64,000 nt of DNA. Source: an uncultured virus (IMG/VR IMGVR_UViG_2565956931_000003). Its lineage: Duplodnaviria > Heunggongvirae > Uroviricota > Caudoviricetes. Made by a program: the position numbers and the translations under genes. The notes below the pieces were generated by a model, which was given only the letters and a program-made list of their open reading frames with translations, did not search any database and was not told where the DNA came from. Shown here piece after piece: positions 1-8,737 of the stretch (the first letter of the stretch is position 1; the number at the start of each line of letters is the position of its first letter). The stretch covers positions 1 to 64,000 of the IMG/VR virus record IMGVR_UViG_2565956931_000003, one strand, 5' to 3'.

Positions 1-462
1 TTAATATGTATCTAAATTAATTTTAGCCTTAAAATTAGCAACATACGTGTTTTCTCTATCTTGATTTATTTTTGTATCTTTTATTTTATTCTTATTATAA
101 GTGTATTTATATGGAATATGTTTCATTAAAGCTGATGTAACACGATTAACGCCCACATAAACTTTATCAATAAATCCAGCTAATCATAAAATATATTCAT
201 GTTCAGAATCGGACTTTGTATCATGAATAAGTTTATTCAAAAATATTCGACACTTGTTGATATGGAAAAAGCTCCAACTAGCCTGCAAGAAGATACTAAG
301 CGTGCCTTATCTTACCAGCCAATATATCTTAAAAAGCTCAGTTCAGACAAAGACTACTTGGGTCAGTTACAGTGTATCAATTTAAAATAGTGCATATTGA
401 TCAAATAAATTTGATGGTAACTATGAACTCGGTAAAATGATTGCCGTAAATAATTTTTATGT

Positions 463-492
463 AAAAGGCCCTGAACATTCAGGGCTTTTTTT
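463..492. terminator. Intrinsic terminator after the lysis cassette
   Basis: GCCCTGAA-cat-TTCAGGGC stem flanked by A and T tracts. Confidence 0.75.
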
Positions 493-586
493 AAATCGCT
501 TTAACGCAAATAGTGACATTTACATTGCTATTAATTGTATGTGCCGTACAACCACATAAAAGAAAGCTCAGTAATAGTATCTTCAT
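491..586 (-). CDS. 31-aa lipoprotein (not in ORF track), possible spanin-like lysis accessory
   Basis: MKILLLSFLLCGCTAHTINSNVNVTICVKAI. Lipobox L-C-G-C; ATG overlaps the endolysin stop (TAATG); terminator follows. Confidence 0.7.
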   Translation of the reverse strand: MKILLLSFLLCGCTAHTINSNVNVTICVKAI

Positions 587-1356
587 TAGGCTTCAGAAGC
601 CCTAGTAGCTGTTACGCCCTTTAATTGCGGTAAAGAATAACGTTTACTTGCTGGCTGAGGTGTACGTCCATACCATCGGAACTCTTGGAAATCTGAATCA
701 CTATAAAGCGCGTAACACACTCTATTGGATTGGTTACCACCAAGGCAAACAAGTTTTCCAGTAGACTTATCACGTCCTACAACAAAACAGACATGGCCTC
801 CTCCCTTACGGGTTTTAATAGCTACACAACCGTAAGCTGGTTTAGCTAATTTGGTACCATAATTCACATAATCCAATGCACGGTACCAATGCTTAGGATA
901 AGCAATTCCAGCTGATTTCAAGCAATGAGCAACGAAAGTACCGCACCACGCTGTTTCATCATCCGCCCACCAAGCTTTAAGCTCCTTTAACCATTTCAAA
1001 ATAGTTGGATTGTGCTGTTTACCTGGTATTTCTTGCAGACCAATGTGTTTTTTTGCTTCAGCCATCCAAGCTAATTCGTCAAACTTTGTAGTTGTAGGAA
1101 TATTCATTAAGGTATTGATTCCTACTAACTGGCCTGTTAATTGAGGGCCGTTAAGTCGTGGTTGAGAAATTTTCTTACCAATCCATGACAGAACAAGCAT
1201 TAAAGTACCAGTAACAAATGCGTGATATTTTTCGGGAATAACTTCATAATCAACACCCCATTGTAGTGCCGGCAATAAAATTAGCATGATGAATGCACCT
1301 ACCGCGGGTAACTTAACAGATAGATACTGCCAAGCATTGTTTTCAATTAACTTCAC
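586..1356 (-). CDS. Endolysin, TIGR02594-like (NlpC/P60/CHAP) with a two-TM holin-like N-terminus
   Basis: DETAWCGTFV, GGGHVCFVVG and LGGNQ motifs (Cys/His peptidase); first ~70 aa contain two hydrophobic segments. Confidence 0.85.
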   Translation of the reverse strand: MKLIENNAWQYLSVKLPAVGAFIMLILLPALQWGVDYEVIPEKYHAFVTGTLMLVLSWIGKKISQPRLNGPQLTGQLVGINTLMNIPTTTKFDELAWMAEAKKHIGLQEIPGKQHNPTILKWLKELKAWWADDETAWCGTFVAHCLKSAGIAYPKHWYRALDYVNYGTKLAKPAYGCVAIKTRKGGGHVCFVVGRDKSTGKLVCLGGNQSNRVCYALYSDSDFQEFRWYGRTPQPASKRYSLPQLKGVTATRASEA

Positions 1357-1640
1357 TCATCTTTCCTCTTTCGTAAATTATCTTGCTCTAAAGCCTCTAA
1401 AGCTTTGATTCGTAATTCGCTTTCTTTTTCACGTAATTCACTTTCTTTACGTTCTCTGCGGTCACGTCTCCACTGAAAAATGAAACTTATGAATAGGCCC
1501 AAAACAGCCACAATTGCACCTGTATAGCTCAACCAATTAATTGAAGTTAGAGAACCAAAAGCACTTGCTAAACCACTCCAGAAAGTAGTTTTATTAGCAA
1601 AAGTTGTGACAGTGACTTCAATTGCCTGATGATCAGACAT
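1353..1640 (-). CDS. Holin
   Basis: Small TM protein with highly charged C-tail, directly upstream of and overlapping the endolysin. Confidence 0.7.
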   Translation of the reverse strand: MSDHQAIEVTVTTFANKTTFWSGLASAFGSLTSINWLSYTGAIVAVLGLFISFIFQWRRDRRERKESELREKESELRIKALEALEQDNLRKRKDE

Positions 1641-1669
1641 GACCTATTCCCCACGTTTCATTTGTGGTT

Positions 1670-1710
1670 ATTTTTGCAAGTGTTGTTGTTCTAATTGGAG
1701 TAAGGTTCCA
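1670..1710 (-). promoter_or_regulatory. Late promoter (lysis cassette)
   Basis: TGGAAC-N29-AAAAAT. Confidence 0.7.
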
Positions 1711-1763
1711 AACACAAAGCACGAAAAAAAAGCCCGAATTACTCAGACTTTTCTATGTGAAAA

Positions 1764-2057
1764 CTATCTGCCTCTACTTGCTAGGGCATTTAATCCCTTA
1801 ATGACTTCTTGACCTAATTTTAAGAATACGTTGTGACGTTCAATTTCGTTTTCTAAATACTTCTTGCGGTTTTCCCATGCTGATGAATTGAAGTAAGTAC
1901 TTTCAAAACTCAAAGGCATTTTTAAAGCATCTGATAAAGGCATTGGGCAGTTTTCAGAAATACTACTTGCAGTATCAAGCAAAAGATCGGTCCAACTCTT
2001 TGATGATTCCTGTAAAGACGGAAGCGGTGCGAAATCGTGCAGGCGCGTCATCTGCAC
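1764..2057 (-). CDS. Small baseplate/tail assembly protein (start uncertain, possibly ATG at 1943)
   Basis: ORF overlapping the end of the upstream assembly gene; context only. Confidence 0.45.
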   Translation of the reverse strand: MQMTRLHDFAPLPSLQESSKSWTDLLLDTASSISENCPMPLSDALKMPLSFESTYFNSSAWENRKKYLENEIERHNVFLKLGQEVIKGLNALASRGR

Positions 2058-2673
2058 CTCTTTCCACTAAAATACCGTGGTTATCAACGCTTAACCGTAA
2101 ATGAGTAAATAACTCATTGTTTAAATTATTAAAGTCTTGATAGCACAAATCAAAATCACTAGCTGGCATTTTCTTAATGAAATCTAGCCGCTGCTTAAAT
2201 TGTTCTTCAAATAATTGAGGGTTTGTTCTATCCGGCAATAAACCTAAGTGTTCATGATTAGAATAACTCAACTGAAAAGCCATCATGCAGGCAATCCATT
2301 CAGCGACGTTCTTACAATTTGCCTCTAAGAACTCCACTTCAATTCCAATAAGCTGTCTAACAGTAATTCCATTTTGAGTAGTTTCAGTTTTCCAATTATT
2401 TTCTGATTGAAGGAAAACTTTAGACCAGTCTGTGTTCACCTCCAACATAGTATTACTTTGTTTTTCAAGATACTTCAGCAGCAGTAAATATCGTTCTTGA
2501 ATAGTTAAAACCAAAGGATCAAACACACTATCTAAAGCTGATTTAAGAAAAGCTGTAAGTCTTTTTTCATTTAAATTCGGCGCAATGATTGAAATTTTAA
2601 GACACTGCTCAAAACTCAATTCTTGCATTTGAAAAGTATTATCGCCTACATACACTGGATCAAAAGTAATCAT
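1975..2673 (-). CDS. Putative baseplate hub/tail assembly chaperone
   Basis: Start reassigned to ATG at 2673, which overlaps the upstream TAA (MITFDPVYVG...); function from context. Confidence 0.55.
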   Translation of the reverse strand: MITFDPVYVGDNTFQMQELSFEQCLKISIIAPNLNEKRLTAFLKSALDSVFDPLVLTIQERYLLLLKYLEKQSNTMLEVNTDWSKVFLQSENNWKTETTQNGITVRQLIGIEVEFLEANCKNVAEWIACMMAFQLSYSNHEHLGLLPDRTNPQLFEEQFKQRLDFIKKMPASDFDLCYQDFNNLNNELFTHLRLSVDNHGILVERGADDAPARFRTASVFTGIIKELDRSFA

Positions 2674-3467
2674 TAGTTGCCTCCATACAATGAATAAATG
2701 TCTTTTGAATCCCATGCAGTTCGACTCATCAAACTTATATTCACGGCCAAACTTAACCGGTTACCTTTCTCATCAATTGGCGCAACAATTGGTGCAGAAA
2801 CACTTTCAATAATGAAAGGTTTATAAGTTTTGCCGTGAGTTGTCAGAGACACAAAGGGTGGGATTACACCTGAAAACAACCCTTCTAAAGTTGAGTTTGA
2901 GTCATTAACCACATTCTGAAGTGTAGAATCAGAAGATAAAGAAACTGGAAGACTCCAAGCCTCTAATTGCATGATCCTGTCTTCAACTTCTGTTTTCGCA
3001 TCACTAAAGGCAAGGAAGAAAATAGAAAGGTTGAGCCGTACTGAAGAAGTAGATAGGAATACTTGAGTTGTATTCACTTTAGTTAGATTGGTACGCCCTT
3101 CAACGCTCTGCATAGCATCTTGAACCCCAAGTTTTGATAAAACTTGAGCTATAGGATTACTTTGCATCTGTTCAGCGACTTGTGATAGCTGACCTGATTG
3201 TAAGCCTGCCATGAGCATAGGCATTTTTAGCTCAGGATTACTATTCTCAAATGGAGTTTGCCATTGGCTCTCAATGCTTTTATCACCGTCCGTTAATAAG
3301 GCTCTAATCACTGGCGAGCCAGCAATAGGATTCCCCTCTTTGTCACATAGAGAAAACTCTGCGTATTTGTGCTTTGAAATAGAACCATAGAATGGATCTG
3401 ATTCATTACTTGGTAAATTAGTTTTTGCTGTATTTACAGCTGGTGCATAAGCTAAAGCTTTGGACAT
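2673..3467 (-). CDS. Putative baseplate/tail-tube initiator protein
   Basis: 264-aa ORF with its own late promoter; beta-rich C-terminus (PFIIESVSAPI...LAVNISL) resembles tube-like baseplate proteins. Confidence 0.55.
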   Translation of the reverse strand: MSKALAYAPAVNTAKTNLPSNESDPFYGSISKHKYAEFSLCDKEGNPIAGSPVIRALLTDGDKSIESQWQTPFENSNPELKMPMLMAGLQSGQLSQVAEQMQSNPIAQVLSKLGVQDAMQSVEGRTNLTKVNTTQVFLSTSSVRLNLSIFFLAFSDAKTEVEDRIMQLEAWSLPVSLSSDSTLQNVVNDSNSTLEGLFSGVIPPFVSLTTHGKTYKPFIIESVSAPIVAPIDEKGNRLSLAVNISLMSRTAWDSKDIYSLYGGN

Positions 3468-3497
3468 GTTTAAGTACTAATTTATAAAAATTAAGCT

Positions 3498-3539
3498 ATT
3501 ATTAATTAAAAAATAAGGACACTTATTAGCTTTGTTCCA
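3498..3539 (-). promoter_or_regulatory. Late promoter
   Basis: TGGAAC-N30-AATAAT (one base longer than consensus). Confidence 0.6.
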
Positions 3540-3671
3540 GCATTAAAAACTGATAAAAAAGTTTTGAAAATACGCTAATTACAGTTTTTCATATAGATTT
3601 GATTTTTAATAATTTTTTAGTATTATGAAATTTAAAATTTTTATTTAAAAATATTCTTTGAGAAATAAAAA

Positions 3672-4733
3672 ATGTTAGATTTATTTACACCTATTGTTGA
3701 AAGCGAAAAACAGCATAAAATTTTTAAATTGTTATTAAATGAAGCAATGTATGCTGAAAGGAATGTTTTATTAGATTGGGCAAATGGATTTGTTGATAGG
3801 GATAATAAATTTGTAAAAGAATTCCAAACTACTTTTGAGTCTTCTTTTTGGGAATTATATCTAAATAAAATCCTGAAATCTGAAAATATTGATATAGATT
3901 ATAATCATCATGCGCCTGACTTTGTATGTAACAAAAATAATTCACCTTTTTGTATTGAAGCAACAATTGCCAACCCAGAACAAGATGGCCTACCAGCATT
4001 TGGTTTTACAGATGCACATTTAGATTTTCAAATTAACTTTAAAGAATTCAATAGAAAATCAATTATTAGATTAGCCAATTCAATTGTCTCTAAAAATCAA
4101 AAGTTTAAAAAATCATATAAAGATTTATCTCATGTTATGGGTAAGCCTTTTATTTTAGGTCTTAATTCTTTTGATCGACCTCATTCCCATTTTATAGGTC
4201 ATCGCGGTTTAATTGCTGTTCTATATGGAATTTATCTTAATGAGGAAAAGGCTATTTCAGATAAACTCAACTACTTGCCAAGAGAAAGAATGGATTTTAT
4301 TGAAAAAGATAATGGTGCAGAAATTCCCCTAGGTTTTTTTAAGACTTCAGAGTATGAAGATATTAGTGCTGTAATTTATAACCCATATGCAACTTGGGGG
4401 AAAGTTCGAGCATTAGCTGAAGTAAGTGAAGCAAATAAAACTACTTTCTTTAATGCACTTTACACTAGGGATGACGTAAGTGAGAGTACATTAATTCCTG
4501 ATATCCGCGAAGGGATTCCTAAAGAAGAATATAAAGAATCAATCTTTGATGGTTTATATATTTTTCATAATCCTCATGCTAAATATCCATTCCCTGATTT
4601 TTTATTTAATGATCCTCATATTGCTCATTTTAGTGTAGATGATCATGGTAATCTTCTTGAAAGTGTTGGAGAAAAATTTTTACTTTCACGAAGTTTAATT
4701 AGTTCATATGCAAGTTCAATGATTCCCAAATAA
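3672..4733 (+). CDS. Moron: putative PD-(D/E)XK nuclease-like protein (family often mis-annotated as glycosaminoglycan attachment protein)
   Basis: Opposite strand and very AT-rich; own sigma70-like promoter (TTGATT-16-TATTAT, 3599-3626); FWELYL, APDF and CIEAT motifs. Confidence 0.65.
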   Translation: MLDLFTPIVESEKQHKIFKLLLNEAMYAERNVLLDWANGFVDRDNKFVKEFQTTFESSFWELYLNKILKSENIDIDYNHHAPDFVCNKNNSPFCIEATIANPEQDGLPAFGFTDAHLDFQINFKEFNRKSIIRLANSIVSKNQKFKKSYKDLSHVMGKPFILGLNSFDRPHSHFIGHRGLIAVLYGIYLNEEKAISDKLNYLPRERMDFIEKDNGAEIPLGFFKTSEYEDISAVIYNPYATWGKVRALAEVSEANKTTFFNALYTRDDVSESTLIPDIREGIPKEEYKESIFDGLYIFHNPHAKYPFPDFLFNDPHIAHFSVDDHGNLLESVGEKFLLSRSLISSYASSMIPK

Positions 4734-4791
4734 AGAGAAATTCAAAGACATAATATTTATAAATTTAATTTTGCTGTATCCAACAATTCAT

Positions 4792-4821
4792 AAAAAATAC
4801 GCTCATCAAGAGCGTATTTTT
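4792..4821. terminator. Bidirectional terminator between the moron and darB
   Basis: AAAAATACGCTC-atcaa-GAGCGTATTTTT. Confidence 0.8.
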
Positions 4822-4831
4822 ATTACTTATG

Positions 4832-7800
4832 TTAAGCAGCTAGATTAATATTATTCTCTTGCTCAAACTCATCAATCTTCTTAATGATTTCAGCAGATTT
4901 GTTATATGGCATAACAATCTCATCAAACTCATTTACTTCTGAACCCCAGAATTTCAGCATGATATTCTTGATCTGAGGTTTATCAACGCCATCGCCATTG
5001 AAAACGTACTTGCTACGTTCAGTTCTAACATAAAGTTCATACTTAGCTAGCTGCTCGTCAATGCGTAGTTTCCTAGGTGGCATTGCGATATCGCGAATTT
5101 CTGAAAATAGATCCTCTACACTTGTAAGGTGCGTAAAGTCTAATTCTCGTGTTGCTGGAACATCATTAGAGTCTGCATGTTTTTCAATAATGATAATACG
5201 AGTTGAAACGGCGGTACCAGCATTTTTAAAGGTCGATTGAGGCAACCAGATTTCAGCTGTCAGAATTGCACCAGGTGTACTATCAATAAATTCGTCCACT
5301 TTAGAATCCATCGAACCACGTGGTACCAAGGCCACAATCCGACCACCATCATAAAGATGACCAAAAGCCTTCTTGATATGTTGAATTGCCAAAGTGCCAG
5401 CATGACCAAATGGCGGATTCATCACAATCGCATGGTACTTATTTAATGATTCTAAAGATTCGAATGTATCAACAATTACTTTAGCACCTGTATTTGCCAT
5501 TTGAGCACGACTAGCTAAAGACTCAGTCGGTTCAATCATTGTCAACTCTACATCCTGCGGAACAAAACGACCAATAGCTCCATCACCAGCACTAGGCTCA
5601 AGCACAGAATCGCCAGTGTGTACCCCTGCCCATTCAATCATTTTGAATCCTAGAGGTTCAGGCGTTGCATACCATTCCTTACCTTCGCGGTTATTACGAC
5701 TTTCAGAACGTTTGCCTTTGGCATAGTAGAATGTTAGTGCTTGATCAAATGGGGTTAACTTAGCAATACGGGCATTTTCTTCATCATATGCTTTACCGCC
5801 AATACCATCATTTAGACTTGGCTCTTCATATTTAGCTTCTTCATAAGCCTGAATTAACGCTTCTTTGATACTTACTACAGCATCAGCACCTTTTGCAAAG
5901 TTATCTACTGTTTCTGCGCGTCCAGCAATCGTGTCTGCAAATGCAGCCCGTTCCCATGCAGTACCAGTAGTCAAGTATCTCTGAATAGCATTTGATGCTT
6001 GTCCAGTTCGATAGATACGCCCTTCCGTCTGTCTCAACTTGGCTGGCTTTGTTGGTTGACCAATATTAATGAGTACTCGCTGGTGTTTACCAGTTGTATC
6101 ATGCAAGCTAATCCCAGTAGAACCAGCATCTGACTGCAGAATGAGAATATCGTGCCCGCTATCATCAGTATTAAATAACGCTACATTAGTTTCACGTTGT
6201 TGCTTTGAAAGACGGCCATTAAATAAAAGAGCATTAGGAAATGCATTCTTTAAAGTTTCAACAGGTGAATCATAATCAAGATTGAGATTTACTAGATCCG
6301 GTCTATTTTCTTTGAATGTATTATATTCAAGCTCAATATCTTCTCTAAGTGGGCTTTCATATTTTTCGATATCAAGCTTACTAATCAAGAAAGGTGCAAA
6401 ACCACCGCCTTCGTTATAATCATGAAAAATTACTACTTTACGACCTAATGCTAAGTGCTTTTTCACCATATCAACACAAGCTTCAGCTTTAATAGCTTCT
6501 AACAAACGGCGTCTTGCTAAGTAATCAAAGCGTTTTGCAATAATTTCGTATATTTTTTTAAATCGGTTGCCAGTAAATAGCCGATCATATTCTTGCATAG
6601 ATGCATGACGTCCCCAGCCTGTTGTTGGTTTACCAGTCTGAGCAGCCCATTCTTCAAAAGTTCTTGTTTTGTGCCCTTCTATTTCTTTATAACCATTGCG
6701 AAGATAAGTTAAACCTTCATCAATAAGTTCACCAACACGAGAGCCAATTAGAATGAATTTACGATCATAGTCAAAATTTACTTCTAAATCCCGCCCAGAC
6801 ATAGCACCAGTGTTTTTAAGATTTTCAGCGAACTGTCTTTCAAGTACTCCTGTATCTACCTTAGCTTCAGGTCGGGTCAACTTACCATATCGCTTTCGAT
6901 ATCCAAGATTTCCCATATAGAAGTGCTCTCGAGCCTTACTAAAGCCTTCAGCTAAATTACCTTGGTCATCAACAGATACTGAAGGAGACATATAATCAAA
7001 TAAATAGCCTTCCGCCCAATCAAGTGAAAAGTGATAACTAAATGGCGTAGCAGATAAGAAAACAACTTTGACCTTACTTTTCTGGTGTTTCCAATTCAAA
7101 TTCCAGATCTTTCGTTGTTCATTTCGAAGGATCTGCATTTTGTTATAAGCACTTAGGTATTGTTCTGTTTCTTTACCATCTTCATCGAGCTCTTCAATTG
7201 GCATCTGATCAGCAAATTTATCTTCAAACCATTCACTAAAACCATGCAAATGCCCGGTTAAGGCTCTTAGTTTGTTTAATGCTGCAGTTGCTTTACCATC
7301 GGATGATTGCGATAGAGTATGTGCCTCATCAATTAATATCAGGTCCCAATGTTTGTGAACTAAACTTTTATTTTGTCCAAAATTAGCAAAGGTTGTGACC
7401 ACGACTGAGTGATCCTCACCGCCATTTTCTTTAATACTTTTTAATTTGTAAGCCTTGATATTTAAAGGGCTTGAGCTTTTGACAAAGTCATTAGCGATTT
7501 TATCGTTTAGAGTAACAATTAAAATATTCTTAAGGCCAGCATTGATAAACCGTTTTGCTACACCCAGACCAGTAAAGGTTTTTCCAGTACCTGTGCCATT
7601 AGTAAAAAGAATACCTTTCTGATTTTCCTCTATTAAGCGCTTTTCAGTCTTAAAAACATCACCACGCTGTGCAGATTGTAGATATGGCAAAGCTTCGTCA
7701 ATATTTGAAGCATCACTCCATATAGTTTCTACCTTATCTGCTTTTAATTGAGCATCTAGCTTTTCATCTATGGCAGCTCTAACTGATTTAGCAGATTGTA

Positions 7801-8662
7801 TAATTGATCGATCTCTTGCTCGTTTAAGAGATGATCTCTTACCAGATAGTTCACTGCTTCCGCTGCTGTTAATCCGGTTAGCACTGGTTCCACTATCTCC
7901 ATTTGAAGATTCATTTCTAGGATTTCGGCCGCCAAGTAAACTTGCATCATCACTTTTTGGTAAGCCAGTATTACTGTCTCTGAGTACCCAAACTTCTCCA
8001 TCATTTCTGACTGCTTCTGAAGCCTCAAGTTCATCTTTTCCTGATCCAGTTGTAGAAACAATTGGTCCTCTGGATCTGAGACGAAATTCGCCAACTGATT
8101 CCACATCTGAATTGGTATTTGATACATGTAAGAACAATCCTTTTACAAGTTGCTGATCTTCTGAAAGAAGAGAGTCTGGAATAGCTTTAAGATGTTTTGA
8201 GCGTACAAGAATTTCACCCTGATAATAAAAGGCATAGGGGTCAAACTCTTTAGCTTTGGTTAATTTGATGCCTTTAAGACCAATAACCTGTAATGTTTTA
8301 TTCTTTTTAGTGGTGTATGGCTTCAGCTCTTTATCGCAAGCAAAAAGACTGACAATAGTCTCTAGCTGTTCAATAACATTTCTGGAACTGTTATTAAGGT
8401 GTTGGATAACTGATTCATCAATGTTTTTGATAGCCTCGTTATATAAGACTTCAATAACTTCATCCAATTTTGGAAAGTCACTTTCTTGACGGGCAAAAGC
8501 TAAAGCTTGCTTTGCTACAGACAAGTTAAGTTCTATTTGCTTATGGATTATAAGAAGGAAAAATCGAGCAATATTGCTCTGATAATGCATGAAATCAATC
8601 ATGTAATAAATCGCAACCAATACTGTGTCTTTAGTGATTGGTTTGAGCTTTAAGATGGACAT
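4832..8662 (-). CDS. darB: DarB-like polyvalent protein: SF2 helicase plus N6-adenine methyltransferase
   Basis: GTGTGKT, LIDEAH, SAT and QTEGRIYR helicase motifs; VLEPSAGDG and MNPPF MTase motifs; adjacent to ddrB- and darA-like genes. Confidence 0.85.
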   Translation of the reverse strand: MSILKLKPITKDTVLVAIYYMIDFMHYQSNIARFFLLIIHKQIELNLSVAKQALAFARQESDFPKLDEVIEVLYNEAIKNIDESVIQHLNNSSRNVIEQLETIVSLFACDKELKPYTTKKNKTLQVIGLKGIKLTKAKEFDPYAFYYQGEILVRSKHLKAIPDSLLSEDQQLVKGLFLHVSNTNSDVESVGEFRLRSRGPIVSTTGSGKDELEASEAVRNDGEVWVLRDSNTGLPKSDDASLLGGRNPRNESSNGDSGTSANRINSSGSSELSGKRSSLKRARDRSIIQSAKSVRAAIDEKLDAQLKADKVETIWSDASNIDEALPYLQSAQRGDVFKTEKRLIEENQKGILFTNGTGTGKTFTGLGVAKRFINAGLKNILIVTLNDKIANDFVKSSSPLNIKAYKLKSIKENGGEDHSVVVTTFANFGQNKSLVHKHWDLILIDEAHTLSQSSDGKATAALNKLRALTGHLHGFSEWFEDKFADQMPIEELDEDGKETEQYLSAYNKMQILRNEQRKIWNLNWKHQKSKVKVVFLSATPFSYHFSLDWAEGYLFDYMSPSVSVDDQGNLAEGFSKAREHFYMGNLGYRKRYGKLTRPEAKVDTGVLERQFAENLKNTGAMSGRDLEVNFDYDRKFILIGSRVGELIDEGLTYLRNGYKEIEGHKTRTFEEWAAQTGKPTTGWGRHASMQEYDRLFTGNRFKKIYEIIAKRFDYLARRRLLEAIKAEACVDMVKKHLALGRKVVIFHDYNEGGGFAPFLISKLDIEKYESPLREDIELEYNTFKENRPDLVNLNLDYDSPVETLKNAFPNALLFNGRLSKQQRETNVALFNTDDSGHDILILQSDAGSTGISLHDTTGKHQRVLINIGQPTKPAKLRQTEGRIYRTGQASNAIQRYLTTGTAWERAAFADTIAGRAETVDNFAKGADAVVSIKEALIQAYEEAKYEEPSLNDGIGGKAYDEENARIAKLTPFDQALTFYYAKGKRSESRNNREGKEWYATPEPLGFKMIEWAGVHTGDSVLEPSAGDGAIGRFVPQDVELTMIEPTESLASRAQMANTGAKVIVDTFESLESLNKYHAIVMNPPFGHAGTLAIQHIKKAFGHLYDGGRIVALVPRGSMDSKVDEFIDSTPGAILTAEIWLPQSTFKNAGTAVSTRIIIIEKHADSNDVPATRELDFTHLTSVEDLFSEIRDIAMPPRKLRIDEQLAKYELYVRTERSKYVFNGDGVDKPQIKNIMLKFWGSEVNEFDEIVMPYNKSAEIIKKIDEFEQENNINLAA
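7768..8127 (-). CDS. Putative nested out-of-frame gene inside darB (119 aa, acidic and helical)
   Basis: ATG preceded by AAGGA at 10 nt; protein-like composition, while the darB frame over the same DNA is a low-complexity S/G/R/N linker. Confidence 0.55.
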   Translation of the reverse strand: MYQIPIQMWNQLANFVSDPEDQLFLQLDQEKMNLRLQKQSEMMEKFGYSETVILAYQKVMMQVYLAAEILEMNLQMEIVEPVLTGLTAAEAVNYLVRDHLLNEQEIDQLYNLLNQLELP

Positions 8663-8693
8663 ATATCCCTCAACATAGGAACTTTACATTCCT

Positions 8694-8734
8694 ATGTTGA
8701 ATGATCGTAAGTATCTAATTTTTAGTAGGTTCCA
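8694..8734 (-). promoter_or_regulatory. Late promoter (darB) with RBS-occluding hairpin 8670-8700
   Basis: TGGAAC-N29-CAACAT; perfect 12-bp inverted repeat TCAACATAGGAA/TTCCTATGTTGA. Confidence 0.7.
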
Positions 8735-8737
8735 GAT

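Noticed and set aside
199..390. 63-aa plus-strand ORF
   Set aside because: No recognisable motif or convincing RBS; cannot be supported
1..462. Prophage attachment site
   Set aside because: No tRNA end or partner repeat visible; the other prophage end is outside the window
1764..2057. Lambda G/GT-type programmed -1 frameshift
   Set aside because: Downstream ORF is in the +1 frame and no XXXYYYZ slippery heptamer was seen
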